Positions 11,924-25,519 of a stretch of 64,000 bases of DNA are shown in pieces. The position numbers were made by a program, and so were the translations under genes. Every line of letters starts with the position of its first letter. Position 1 is the first letter of the stretch. Origin of the DNA: Raja brachyura. Its lineage: Eukaryota. The notes under the pieces are model-generated. The model was not told where the DNA came from, ran no database searches, and saw nothing but the letters and a program-made list of their open reading frames with translations. The stretch spans positions 23,994,001 through 24,058,000 of the forward strand of contig OY740789.1 in the NCBI GenBank assembly GCA_963514005.1, given 5' to 3'.

Positions 11924-13606
11924 AAGAATGGAAACACTTAGAATAAAACCAAAGGATTGGATAGAAAAGGAGGGAACAGGATTAGTGGAGAGAGAACATA
12001 ATTTAGAAGGGGTAGAAAAGGATGAGAGGAAAGAATCAAAGATTAAGGGGAAGAGGGAGGTAAAGAAAAAAAATGAAAATGAGAACAGAAATTGAAAATT
12101 AGAAAACAGGGGAATTAAAAATCTAGGAGGGGAACTAATAATTAGAAGTCAGAGAAGTAAATTAAGCATTGGAGAAATGATTGGAACTGCGGATTAGAGG
12201 GGAAAAGAAAACTAAATTCGAAAAATGAAATAAACTATGAGGTTTAGGGTAGAGAAATTGAGATTTACTATTAGAGAGAAATAAAAGGAAACTAGATTAG
12301 AGTAGAAATATTTGTACGGTTTTTGCTGGGGGTACCTTAAAGGAACTTGTTTTCCATTTGCCATTCTGGGCGTGACAGTTCTTGAAAAACTGTCATGCAA
12401 AATTTGTCTTCTCAGCATGCATTTTAGGCACCTACAGACAGCTTCACATTGAATTTCTCCTTCATTGACCACAGTTTAATCACAGAAGTGAATAGGTTTA
12501 AAAATCATAGAACTTTGTAATTAAAATTAAGAAATCACCTTTTACTTTGAACCGCTGGACACCACTTTTTGTTTCCTTAAGCATCTTTGCTTTTCTCTTA
12601 GACTGATATTAGTTTCATTGAATACTTTTCACCTCAAATCCAGTGTGGAGTCATTTACCAAAAACATTGTACAGCAGTTAATAATAAAACCTGACGGTAT
12701 TTGATTCCAATTAAAAAAGATAATGCTTTAAATCAAAGGCTCAAAGAAGGATGAATATTTTAATTTGCAATATCGCTAATCAAGAAAAAACCCAACAAAA
12801 TTACAAAATCTATGGAGCAGACTCGATGGGTCAAATGGCCTAATTCTACAATGTCTTATGATCTTATGTCCTATGAAAAGCAGAAAACTGAGAGTTGGAT
12901 ATCTGAAACAGAGACAATAATCCTCAGTGGAACAGGAGAAGTCTGGGGAAAGTGAGAAACTGAATTACATTTCATGTGAGAAACGAAGGATTTCACCAGA
13001 ACTCTCCATTTTGTCTGACCCTTTTGAATATTTACATTTTGTCAAAATTATATAAAATAATTATGTTGGTTTATTTTTGAAATATAGGAAAACAAGATTA
13101 CCAGCAGTGCTTAATCAAATTGTTTCTTAGTTCAAAAGGGATCAACATCATGAATTGGTTTATTTAATTAACCACTTTCATGTATTTGAATCGATCAAAT
13201 TGTTTCTGAGACAGTAAAGAATTGATCAGATGATATAAATAGATTCTCATTGCTGTCACGTATTAACATAGTTTGGCTATTCTTGTCAACCTATGTGTAT
13301 ATGGAAATTGAGCATCTATAAGTTGCAAATAGCTCGCAATGGCAGTTTTATCTAATTGGTGTAATGGTTGTGAAAGTGGCAAATTCCATTAATATGTGAA
13401 ATTGTAAAGATTCCACAGACAATTACCTCTTCATTAACACACTAAGTTATTATAATCAGGATTTAATATATTAGATAATGAGCTAATCTGTTTTCATGAT
13501 TGTTTAATATTTTTCAAACTTCAGTGTTAAAGCATAGGAGATGACACCCTTTTAAACACATATGTATATCATCCTGATGCCTGAAACCTGAAGTCAAAGA
13601 ATCTTA

Positions 13607-13805
13607 AGGGCCTGTCCCACTTGGGCGTCATTTGCGCATCACGCAGGTGGCGCGCGAAGATTTTGTGAATCCCAAAATCCTAGGGCACCGCGTGTGACCG
13701 CGTGTCATAGCCTACGCCACCACGCCTCACCACGTGCCATGCATTGTGACACGTAAATGATGTCGCCTAAATGACGCCAAATGGCGCCCAAGTCGGACAG
13801 GCCCT
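13607..13805. mobile_element. PIF/Harbinger-type MITE (internal type A)
   Basis: TIR AGGGCCTGTCCCACTTGGGCGTCATTTG / CAAATGGCGCCCAAGTCGGACAGGCCCT; flanks TTA / ATA. Confidence 0.8.
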
Positions 13806-15281
13806 ATAGATAGAAACAAAAAGCTGGAATTACTCACCAGGCCAGACAGCGGCTCTGGAGAAAAGGAATAGGTGACGTTTCAGGTCGAGACCCTTCTTTA
13901 GACAGAGATTCAAGGGAAAGAATCATAACTGTTTGCCAAGGGAATCCTCACTTTTTACCTTGTAATTCAGATAGTTTAAGAAGAATGGAGAACAGGGAAG
14001 AGATTACATAGAAGTTAACAAATTGGTGACAAATAAATGTGGGACTTGAACTGGTTTGAACTTCAAGTACTCTGACACATTGTTCAAGGAGAGGCCACTA
14101 ATTAATTACTTTGATCTGATCATTTCAAAAATAGAATCATTTAAGAATGAGAGGGAACAGAACCCTAAATTTAAGGGAAGGTAATAGGAAAGGGTTTTAG
14201 TGGGAGTGGGACTGGGTCTTGTTGCAGGGTGATAGGCAAACCCTGCTAATAAACATGGTATGAGGCACAAAGGATTACATTTTGGGCTTCAATATTACTT
14301 GATCGATAGGCTACTCAAGTCAACGCATGGGTCAGTTAGGAAGGTGGCATCTTCTTTTCGATTTTGAATAATGTTTTGAATGATGTGCAAGAAAATGAGT
14401 GAATGCCCGAGTTATCCATTCACAATGTCATATCAACCGGAAACGATGATCCTGTTTCTCTCTTTCCGCAGATGCTGCCTGACCTGTTAATTATCTTGAA
14501 TGTTTTCTATTTTTATTTCAGATTTCCAGTATCTGTGTTTTTTTTAATTTCAAAACACTGAGGTGATTTTCTTAAAACTTATTATGAGACCTCCGGCATT
14601 GAGGATTATTTGGGATCTTTCTGCAGTGTGTAACATTCTCTGCTATGAGAATTCCCAAAACACGTAACTGAAACCTGCAGTCAGTCAACACATTGCTGAC
14701 TGTCCATTTAAACCATGTCTGTGTGAACATTAGGCCACTTAATTCAAGTCCACAGAATATTACGTAAGTTGCTTCATTTTGTTTATGTGTCAAAATATCA
14801 TCATTGCAGGAGAGAAATTGCCCCAGCTGAAGTAGTAAACTGTAAACGAAGATACCAAGGAAGCTCATACAGGTAAATCATTTCATACCAGGAGGACAAA
14901 TCAACATCCACTAAGATAAAAAAAAAGTGATCCAAGTGTGATTCTCTCCTGACTTACTGAGTTGCACAAGCACTTTGTGTCTTTTGGATGAATTAGCATT
15001 TGCAGTTCCTTGTTTCTACGCTGTGATTCAAGTAGATCTTTCTGGAGACATAACATGCATGGGGCATGTGCAGGTCCCAATACGTCATTGATTTGAAATG
15101 CATAGAGCATTGCCAGTGGGTGAGAGGAGGCTCACATTTAACCCTCAGAATGCTAAATGGATGTGAGGTCTTTTGAAATTATTGCTCTCTAAGTTAAATC
15201 ATATGGCCTGGGCCCTCTACCTAGAATTGCAGCCAGTAATCCAAGCGCCAACTCTCAGAAGCTGAGGCCACGCGCCAACTC

Positions 15282-17312
15282 TCAGACACCTCACCCTATT
15301 TATCCCTGGACCATGACCGCACGGACGAGCACCAGGCCACCATCTCTTTTTTTTTGTTGAATATTTTTTATTAGAAGTATAACTACAAGTATAAGTACAA
15401 GTATAAGTACTTATTAAAACAACATTCTTGATAAAGAGATAGGTAATAATTACCATCTTTTCTTATATATACTTCTAAACATTTTATTATAGTTTTTTTT
15501 ATATAGTGAAAAGTAGGAAAGTGTGAAAAATGATCAACATAAAGATAGTTATAAAATAACCAAAAGAAAAAAGTAAATAAAATAACAGTGGTATATTATA
15601 CAAACAGTATTTATATAATAATATATCCGTGATCAATAATGTATTATTCTTCGTCCAATCCTTTGTTCAGGTCTCGATCAGGTCCTCAAACCGAGTCATA
15701 TTGATCCCTTAAGATATTCAAGGAATGGAGACCAAATCACATTAAATTGGTCTAACTTGCCTAAAAGTGCAAGTCTTATTCTTTCCAAGTGTAAAGTCTC
15801 CGCCATTCCTGAAATCCACAATTTAATTTCACGAGCACCAGGCCACCATCTCTAACACTATCACTGACTTCATCTACTCCAGCTCCCTGCCCCCCCGAGC
15901 CCCCAACCTCATCATTCCCCAGTCCCGCACGGCCTGATTTTACCTTCTCCCCAAAATCCACAAAGCTGACTGTCCTGATAGACCCATTGTCTCTGCCTGT
16001 TCGTGCCCCCGCCGAACTTACTTCCACATACCTCCACTCCATCCTATCCCCCCTGGTTAAATCGCTCTCTACCTATGTTCAAGACACCTCAGACACTCTC
16101 CGTTGTCTCTGGCAATTCTGTTCTCTAGGTCCCCATCCCCTCATCTTCATCATGGACGTCCAGTCACTCTACACCTCCATCCCCCACCAGGACGGTCTCA
16201 AAGCCCTCCGTTTCTTCCTCGACCGGAGAACCATCCAATCTCCATCTACAGATACTCTCCTTCGACTAGTGGAGCTGGTCCTTACCCTTAATAATTTTTT
16301 GTTTGACTCCTCCCATTTCCTCCAAATATAAAGCGTAGCTATGGGCACTCGCATGGGCCCCAGCTTCGCCGGCCTCATTGTAGGGTACGTCGAACAATCC
16401 TTGTTCAAGATGTACCAGGGCCCTATCCCCGACCTCTACCTCTGCTACATCGACGACTGCATTGGTGCTACCTCCTGCACCCACACACAACTCACTGACT
16501 TCATCCAACTCACTAACTTCCATCTGGCACTCAAATACACCAGGACCATTTCAGACACTTCCCTACCATTTCTTGACCTCACTATCTCCATCGCAGAGGA
16601 TAGACTTCTGACCGACATCCACTATAAACCCACTGACTCCCATGGCTATCTAGACTACACTTCTTCCCATCCTGCTTCCTGTAAGGACTCCATCCCCTAC
16701 TCCCAATTCCTCCGTCATCCGCTCCCAGGATGAGGTGTTCCACACCAGGGCATCAGAAATATCCTCATTCTTCAGGGAACGGTGGTTCCCCTCCCCTACT
16801 ATAGATGAGGCTCGCACCAGAGCCTCTTCAATACCCCGCAGCACTGCTCTCTCTCCCCATCCCTCCACTCGTAACAAGGGCAGAGTCCCCCTAGTCCTCA
16901 CCTTTCATCCTACTAGCCGTCACATACAACAAATAGTCCTCCATCATTTTCGCCACCTCCAACGTGACCCCAACACTCACCACATGTTCCCATCTCCCCC
17001 CTTGTCTGCTTTCCGCAAAGACCGCTCCCTCCATAACTCCCTGGTCAATTCTTCCCTTCCCACCCGTACCACCCCCTCCCCCTGCACCTCCTCCAACCTC
17101 ATCTATTGCATCCGCTGCTCTCGATATCAGCTGATCTACATCGGCGAAACCAAGTGTAGGCTTGGCGATCGTTTCGCCGAACACCTCCGCTCAGTCCACA
17201 ATAACCAATCTGATCTCCCGATCGCTCAGCACTTCAACTCCCCCTCACATTCCGAATCCGACCTTTCTGTCCTGGGCTTCCTCCGTAGCTAGAGTGAACA
17301 CCACCAGAAATG
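15282..17312 (+). mobile_element. Penelope-like element (RT + GIY-YIG), decayed and split by an L1 insertion
   Basis: MDVQSLYTSIP, AMGTRMGPSFA, YIDD, PFLDL, YKPTD RT motifs; NLIYCIRC...IYIGETK..RLGDRFAEH endonuclease motif. Confidence 0.92.
15348..15830 (-). mobile_element. 5'-truncated L1 with poly(A) tail and 23-bp TSD
   Basis: Minus strand KLWISGMAETLHLERIRLALLGKLDQFNVIWSPFLEYLKGSI*, AT-rich UTR, poly-T on +; flanked by ACGAGCACCAGGCCACCATCTCT at 15325-15347 and 15831-15853. Confidence 0.85.
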
Positions 17313-18522
17313 GGTGACAAATGGCCTAATTCTATTCCTATGTCTTACGATATTAAAAAAAATAATATTAAATTAAATTAGCTGGAAATACCTAAAGCAT
17401 AATTTAAAATACTTTATTTTAAACTCCAATGAATAAAAAAAGAGCTTACTTTCCCCCTTTATATCTGAGGTCATACAAAATCAGGTGTAAGAGATCTCAG
17501 ATGCTGGAAATGTAACCTGAAGCAAGAAGACTGAGGTAATTTCCCACTGTAAATGCTGGGGAATTACAGCAAGTTGGATCTCTGCTGAGACCGGTGCTGA
17601 AGAAGCTGGATATTCCTGATCAGCCACTAGGTTTTTGACAACGTTTGTTTGGAAATCCCATACTTGCTTCCCTTAAATGAGTTAATTCCAATAGTTAACC
17701 TAGAATTTAGAGCAGTACTGCACAAGAGCTGGCCATTCGGCTAACAATGGCTGTGCCGAGCATAATGACAAGACCACCTCAAAAACTACCTGCACATAAT
17801 CCATATCCCTCCATGCGCTGCATATCTATATGTCTATCAAAAAGTCTGTTAAATGGCACTATTGTATTTGCCACAAACCAAAGTATCCAGCAGAGCATTC
17901 CAGGCACTCTGTGTAAAAAATCTTGCCCCTCTTACCATTAAACTCTTCAGAACCGCTGGCATTTACGAACAAGAAATAGGCCAATATTTTCACCACTCCA
18001 CTTAAATGTTCAGTTATTCTTATTTTAATTTATTTGATAATTGTTTCAATGTTAGTTCTTTTAGCAGTGTTTGTGGGGAAAAGTGTAGGAATTGTAGGCA
18101 CATAGAAAGTCTTCACTGTAAACTACATCCATCGGGTCTAGTAGCTGAGAAACCCTATCCTTGGTTCATGGCTTTAATAATTCTGCCAAAATTCCCTCAG
18201 GATCCATATTGGGACTTGTTATTCGGTAAGTAGCTTGGCACTCTTTTGTGTTCAACATTTAAATGAATACCTTTTAAGTTTAGTTTTAGTTTACTTCATT
18301 GTCACATGTACGGAGGTACAGTGAAAGGAAAGATAATAAATAGAGGTGTTGCAATAAAAAGTAGAAGCACTGAGTAAAACATATAAGGTAGAAACAGACA
18401 GCTGGAGGAATTCAGCAGGCAGCATTTGTGGAGGGAAATGAACAGATAAAATACAATAGTGTCGTTTAAGAAGCTTTTAGATAGATTTGCACATGGATTT
18501 GCAGGGAAAGGAGGAATCTAGA

Positions 18523-18812
18523 TCATAGAAACATAGAAAAATAGATGCAGGAGTAGGCCACGTAGGAGTAAGACAGCACACCGCCATTCAATATGATCAC
18601 GGCTGATCATCTAATACCCATTCCTGCTTTTTCCCCGTATCCCTTGATTCTTTTAGCCCTAAGAGCTAAATCTAACTCTCTCTTGAAAACATCCAGTGAA
18701 TTGGCCTCCACTGCCTTCTGTGGCAGAGAATTCCACAGATTCACTACTCTCTGGGTGAAAACGTTTTTCCTCATCTTAGTCCTAAGAAAATGTTTTTCCT
18801 CATCTCAGTCCT
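18523..18812 (-). mobile_element. CR1 LINE 3' end fragment
   Basis: catagaaacatagaaaa tail and match to 27141-27410. Confidence 0.8.
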
Positions 18813-20241
18813 CATCAATCGCAGGAGATAAAACCAGTGGAGCTTGTGATCTTGCTTGGCATTATGGGCCGCAGGGCCTGTTACTGTGCTGTACTTTCTA
18901 AATTATATGTACTACATCACAAATATATGCATTTCTGTCCAATTTGATTGTGCTGACTGTTTGGACAATGAGCCATAAAGAATTCCATTAACCTGGGATC
19001 TCCCCATAGCCTTTATCTATCACTGACAAATTTTTAAACAAAGCACACTATATTTGAACAATTTTTGCCATTACCGATCCATTTCGAGTGGCTGTGAAAT
19101 TAGTTGCAAAACTATTAATAAAGATTGTTCATGTATTTTAAATAAGTCCAATAATTTGCTTTCAGTTAATAGGTTCTTAAACATTACAAGATTTGACCCC
19201 GATCACCAATCATGCTATTTCATGTGCACATTGAAATCTGCTTTCAAAATATGATTCTTCTGAAGTCAAATTTCAGAAGCAGAATAAAACAGACTTGAAA
19301 TGTTGTGCTTTCAGTGCCTGCAACCAGAGACACATTTTGAGCTTATTATGGCTTCTCAATATTTGCTAACCATTTTTTTTTAAATGTCCAGCCTTAAGTT
19401 TGTCAAATATGGCAATTGTTACATGTAAAAGCAAATCTATTTTATTATTCAACATTAATAATGGCCCAAAGTAATCTGTCATATTTGAACTGTCTTTAAT
19501 TACAACACAGAAAGTTCAACTCTACATAAAATCCATAACCATTACATATATTACTTTATATTAATTGGCTAGGATTTCTCCTATTATTTGAACTCAGTTG
19601 AGTCTTATCGAATCTCTTGAGACTTTGGTAGAAATAAAGCCAGAAGCAAACTAATACTTGCTGCATAATTTTAGCAAAACATATGATACAAAGATCCTTA
19701 ATTCCCCTGAAGTTTATGCCCTACAGAATGAATTTAATTAAATTAGTCTCTATGTTAAAATCCATCCAGTTTTAGAAATATATTAATATTGTCTCGGTGC
19801 CCACACATATCAGAAATCAGAGTTTTCTAAAATGATTTGAACATCAAATTAAATCTTTGACAGGATCATTGCTTTGCTGCATTATTTCATTACACATCCC
19901 AATAAGCGTAGCAGCCTCTCCCAAATGATTTGTCGCTGATTTTTTTTGTTTGCCATTTTATTTTTAAATAGCAAAGCAAGCGTATGTCTTTTCATTGTGT
20001 GTGCCATTCAAATTATGAGCCTGAAAAAAGGTCCCAACTCGAAACATCATATGTCCATTTCCCTTTACAGATGCTGTCTGACTCTTTCAGTTCCACCTGC
20101 AATTTTTTTTTTTACTCTCACATTACGAGCCTTCTGCATCAAAGTCACGTCAACACAACATTCCAACATGGACTAACTCCTATAAAGTGGATAAAAGTGG
20201 GTGGGAAGATAAGAATGCTTTCCAAAACGTTGAAATCCACA

Positions 20242-21922
20242 AGGCGGCACAATGGTATGATGGTAGAGTTCCTGCCTTATAGCACCAAAGGTACACAAAA
20301 ATGCTGGAGAAACTCAGTGGGTGCAGCAGCATCTATGGAGCGAAGGAAATAGGCAACGTTTCGGGCCAAAACTCTTCTTCAGACAGATAGGGGGTGGGGG
20401 GAGGCGGGGAGAAGAAAGGAAAAAGAAAGGGGAGGAGCCCGAGGGCTGAGGGAGAGGTAGGAAGGGGAGGAGACAGCAAGGGTTAACAAAATTGTGAGAA
20501 ATCGATGTTCATGCCACCAGGATGCAAACTTCCCAAGCGGAATATGAGGTGCTGTTCCGCCAATTTCCGGTGTTGCTCACTCTGGCTGTGGAGGAGGCAC
20601 AGGACAGAGAGGTCGGATACGGAATGGGAGGGGGAGTTGAAGTACTGAGCCACCGGGAGGTCAGGTTGGTTATTGCGGACAGAGCGGAGGTGTTCGGCGA
20701 AATGATCGCCAAGCCTACGCTTGGTCTCACCGATACAGATCAGCTGACATCTAGATCAGCGGATGCAATAGATGAGGTTGGAGGAGGTGCAGGTGAACCT
20801 CTGTCACACCTGGAACAACTGCTTGGGTCCTTGAATGGAGTCGAGGGGGTAGGTAAAGCGACAAGTGTAGCATCTCTTGCGGTTGCAAGGGAAAGGGCCT
20901 GGGGAAGGGGTGGAACGGAAGGGAAGGGAAGAATTGACAAGGGAGTTACAGAGGGAGCGGTCTTTGCGGAAGGCAGATGGGGGGAGATGGGAAGATGTGG
21001 CGAGTGGTGGGATCACGATGGAGGTGGCGAAACTGACGGAGGATTATTTGTTGTATGTGCTGGCTACTGGGGTGAAAGGCGAAGACCAGGGGGACTCTGC
21101 CCTTGTTGCGGGTTGGGGGATGGGGAGAGAGAGCAGTGTTACGGGGTATGGAGGAGACACTGATGCGAGCCTCATCTATAGTAGGGGAGAAGAACCGCCA
21201 TTCCCTGAAGAATGATGACATTTGCGATGCCCTGGTGTGGAACACCTCATCCTGGAAGCAGATGCGGCGTAGACGGAGGAATTGGGAATAGGGGATGGAG
21301 TCCTTACAGGAAGCAGAGTGGGAGGAAGAGTAGTCAAGATAGCCATAGGAGTCAGTGGGTTTATAGTGGATGTCGTTCAGAAGTCTATCACCTGCGATGG
21401 AGATAGTGAGGTCAAGGAATGGTAGGGAAGTGTCGGAAATGGTCCATGTGTATTTGAGTGCTGGATGGAAGTTAGTGGTGAAGCAGATAAAGTCAGTCAG
21501 TTGTGTGGGTGCAGGAGGTGGCACCAAAGCAATCGTCGATGTAACGTTGCCTATTTCCTTCGCTCCATAGATGCTGTTGCACCCGCTGAGTTTCTCCAGC
21601 ATCTTTGTGGACCTTCGATTATTCAGCATCTGCAGTTCCTTCTTAAACACTTATAGCATCAGAGGCCGGGGTTTGATCCTGACTATGGGTGTTCTCAGTA
21701 CAGGGTTCCTATATTCTTTCTGTGACTTTGTGGGTTTTCTCAGGATGCTCCAGTTTTTCCCCATGTTCCTAAGATAAACAGGTTTGTATGTTAATTGGCT
21801 TCAGTAAAATTGCTAAATTCTCCCTAGTGTGTAGGATATGCTAGAGTATGGCGTTGTCGCTGGTCAGCGCGGACTTGGAGGGCTGAAAGGCCTATTTCCT
21901 CGCTGGATCTCCGAAGTCTAAA
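20242..21922 (+). mobile_element. tRNA-derived SINE split by a PLE insertion (halves 20242-20290 and 21650-21922)
   Basis: SINE head ...ggtagagttcctgccttatagcacca resumes at cttatagcatcagaggccggggtttgatcc. Confidence 0.8.
20291..21649 (-). mobile_element. 5'-truncated Penelope-like element with an inverted pLTR at its 5' end
   Basis: Minus ORFs (FHPALKYTW, PFLDL, YKPTD, CNRKRCYTC); 21543-21615 is the reverse complement of 20288-20360; ~15-bp imperfect TSD. Confidence 0.92.
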
Positions 21923-22629
21923 GGTGTATAACGGAATTAAATTGACCATTTTTGGATTGCATTTTACATACACATTACACAGTATGTGCATGGTTTCTGT
22001 TACTTAATAATTATTTGAGGGTTTTTCCCATGTTGAGATATCCCACTCTTCCATTACCCAGCAACTCTGCTCCACCAAACACAAACACAAGCACACCTTG
22101 CAACATCTATGCAGGCTTGGTAATAAGAGTGTGCAGATTAATTCAGAATCCAACATGTGTATAATTCGTATTATTAGAGTTTAGAAAATTTAGATTGTAC
22201 GCAATTAGTAGACGTATTTTCATACCAATAAGTGCACTAATAATATTACCGATTTGAAGTATGTAGTTCTAGTTTATATTTTACGAATATAAATATTTCA
22301 TATTGGAAAAAGAATATTAATGATATGTTTCTGAGGTTTGGTCAATGTATATTTTATATTGATTTGTACATTATTTTATTAGAAATTACTTATTTAAACT
22401 GTTCATTACCAGTTTAATTATATTTCGACTCTAGCTATCCAGAGACAATGCTGCTGCCATTAATTCTTGTTGTTTAGATATTATCACAGAGAATCATTTA
22501 TACTCCACTAATTAAGGACCTCTCTGCATAGTTAAAGAGAAACTCAGTCATGGTGTTACACAATTATTCTTTCTGCGTCGTAAGATTTAATAATAATGAA
22601 CCTTGCCATTATTCTTAGCACCAGAATAG

Positions 22630-23358
22630 AATGCCTTTTATTGTCATTCAAGCAGCTTGGTTTGACCGAAATTGCATTTTCTACAGTCTTAACAATTACA
22701 AAAAAAACCCAAGAAGCACACTTACCACACTTTACACAAACATCCATCACAGTGAATCTCCAACACCTCCTCACTGTGATGGAAGGCAAAAGTCTTCTCT
22801 TCCATTGTTCTTCTCCTGCGGTCCAGCAGTCCAACTGCAACGTCAAGGTGAACTGGGGCTCCCAATGTTAAAGCCCCCGGCAGGCGATGGTAAGTCCCGC
22901 TGCCGTTAAGCTGCGCTGGGCGATGTTAGGCCCCGCTCCAAGTCATTTCACCCCACGATTACGGCGGGAGAAGTTGCCATTGCGGGAGCTCCGAAAAGCG
23001 GTCTCCCACCAGGGACCTGCGAGCTCCCGATGTTACCATCCACAGGGCCTGCGGCCGGAGCCTCCGGTCGGGTCGCAGCCACGCGCCACCACAGTAACTC
23101 CCGCTCCAAAGTCGGCCAGCTCTGCGATGGCAGGTCCGCAGGCTCCGCAACTGGAGCCTTCAGGTCAGTTCCGGCCGGAGACCACCACCGGCTCCACGAT
23201 GTTAGGCCCACTGACACCGGAGACCCGACAGGGAAAAGGTCGGGTCCCCGAACACGGAAGAGATTAAAAGGTTTCCCCCACCACCCTCCCCACCCCCCAC
23301 AAATACACAGCTAAAAATAATAATAAAACTAGAATCAAAACGTACATTTAACAAGACA
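22630..23358. repeat. Unclassified GC/CpG-rich interspersed repeat
   Basis: Abrupt GC-rich block in an AT-rich intron, tttattgtcatt tail-like end, internal repeat GATGTTAGGCCC (22922, 23198); no recognisable protein. Confidence 0.45.
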
Positions 23359-25519
23359 GTTCAGTTGAATGTTTTCAGAAGCACCAGAGAAATATTTCTA
23401 AGCGCGTCAATGGATTTGAGTTTATGCAACTATAACAAGACGTTCTTAATGTTGGTGCTCAATTATCTTGTTGAGGAAAGATTAAGGAGGAGAAAATGAA
23501 AGGCAATTAAACTGCAGATGCAGGAAATCTGAATGAAAAAACAGGAAGTTGAAAATGCTCAGCTGGTCGGTGGAGAGAACGGTCACTTCAGAAAACTGAA
23601 ACCGGAGGGAAGGAAGAGAAACGTCACTGAAGTTGATGAAAATTATGCAGAATGATGTGTTGAGCATGAAAGCTGGTGAAGTTGAAGGAGAGTCCGAGGG
23701 AGACCGTATCTGGCTAGAAGTACAAGAGCAGAACTGCAGGGAATACAGCAGATCTGATTGAGAGCCCTGTCAACAATGGTGAAGGGGAAGCCATGATTAA
23801 GGAAAAGGGAAGACATTTCAAAAACTCTAGTGTCTCGACAAAAGTCTTGACAAAAAAATACTATTGCAACATTTAAGAAACAATTATACAGGTACATGGA
23901 TAGGACAGGTTGAGGGTGATATGGGCCAAACACGGGCAAGTGGGACTAGTGTAGATGGGACAGTTGGCGGGTGTGGGCAAGTTGGGCCGAAGGGTCTGGT
24001 TCCATGCTCCATTACTCTATGACTCTAAAAGATTGGATATGATGGCGACAGACGAACAGGGACAATGAAAGCATGAGAGATGACGTGCAGTCAAATTAAT
24101 TATGGACCTTTTGGGGGTTTAATGAAAGTTAGTTGCTAATTTATTCACAGAGAAGAAGATAGAAAAGTGAAGAAAGAAAGGGAAGGCAGAGTTGGAGGAG
24201 AACTATCTCTAAGTGAAAAATGAGTGGAAATTGACAGGAAAGATAGAGACATTTTTGAGTTCTACATGAGTTTTCGATACAGTATCACAAGCATCAGTAT
24301 ATTAGCAAAGCTGAGTGAAGGGGTCATAGTAAGGCCAAAACTAGGACTGCTCCATGGCTAAAGAAAAGATCCAATGGAGTGCAGTGAAGTGAAGTGCTCA
24401 GAGGGCTAGGCAGGATTGATGTAGAGAAAATATTCTGCCTCCATTTAGTCCAGAACAAGTGGAAGAAAAGTGAAAACGAGTGACAGAATCACAGACAGTA
24501 GTGAAATAGCAGAATTTGCAGTCCCTGGGGTATCTGAAGCAGAATTCATTGATGTATTCAGGAATCTAGGCATGTTTGAAAGAGAATCAAATGAAGGGAT
24601 ATGAAAGCAAGGTAAGGGAAAGTAATTAAAGTGGGAAGAAGCCTAATTATGCCGTGAACAGCAGCATATATATGTCAGGACATATGACCTGTTGCTATGG
24701 TGCTATGATGTGTACTCAATCTCATTTATTAGGTTACATCAATCTCTCTGTCGTACTCTATCTCTGTCTCTTTCCGTCTCTCTGTCTTCACTCAAAGCTA
24801 GAATCATTACCCGACGATGGTTTATTTATATCTTCAAAGCTGCTGGATGATTTTTAGCTTGGAATTTTACAAGTAATTTGAAGGATATAACAGCTCAGTG
24901 CACCTGTGGCACTATTACTGATTTAAAGGCTCACAGAAAAAAGTCTCTAATAAAATTAACGTTTCAAATAGACTGCTTGTGAAAAGAATATTTTAATACC
25001 TCAGATAGGTAAAACTAAATATTTCCAAAGGTAGATTATGCTCAGGTCCATCAAGCAAACAGTGTCTCATTATAGACCCTCAGAATATTTTTAATCGGAC
25101 TTTATTGAACTTTATCTTCCACTAAACATTATTTCCTTTGTCTAGTATCTGTACAATGCGAACGGCTTGATTGTAATCATGTATATTTCTCCACTGACTG
25201 GCCAGCACACAACAGAAAACCTTTTCACTGTACCTTGCTACACGTGACAATAAACTAAATTAAAGTAAAATAAAACTTGAACATAACAGAAACCTGCTGA
25301 CTGTTCCAGAAACAGGAAACACCTAACTGACACAGAGCAAAAAAAAATAAATATTTTGAGTCATGTGGGAATGAAGAGGCTCAAATGGCTCAAAGGGCCG
25401 AATGACCTACTCCTGCACCTGTTGTCTATTGAAGACAGGTGATAAAAAATAGGAAAATTAAAGGGTTGCTAAGAGAGGGCAAAACAATAAATGCAGGAAA
25501 GTTGGACTTGAAGGAGATG

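Noticed and set aside
20509-21777. Dense overlapping ORFs on the + strand
   Set aside because: Antisense shadows of the Penelope ORF
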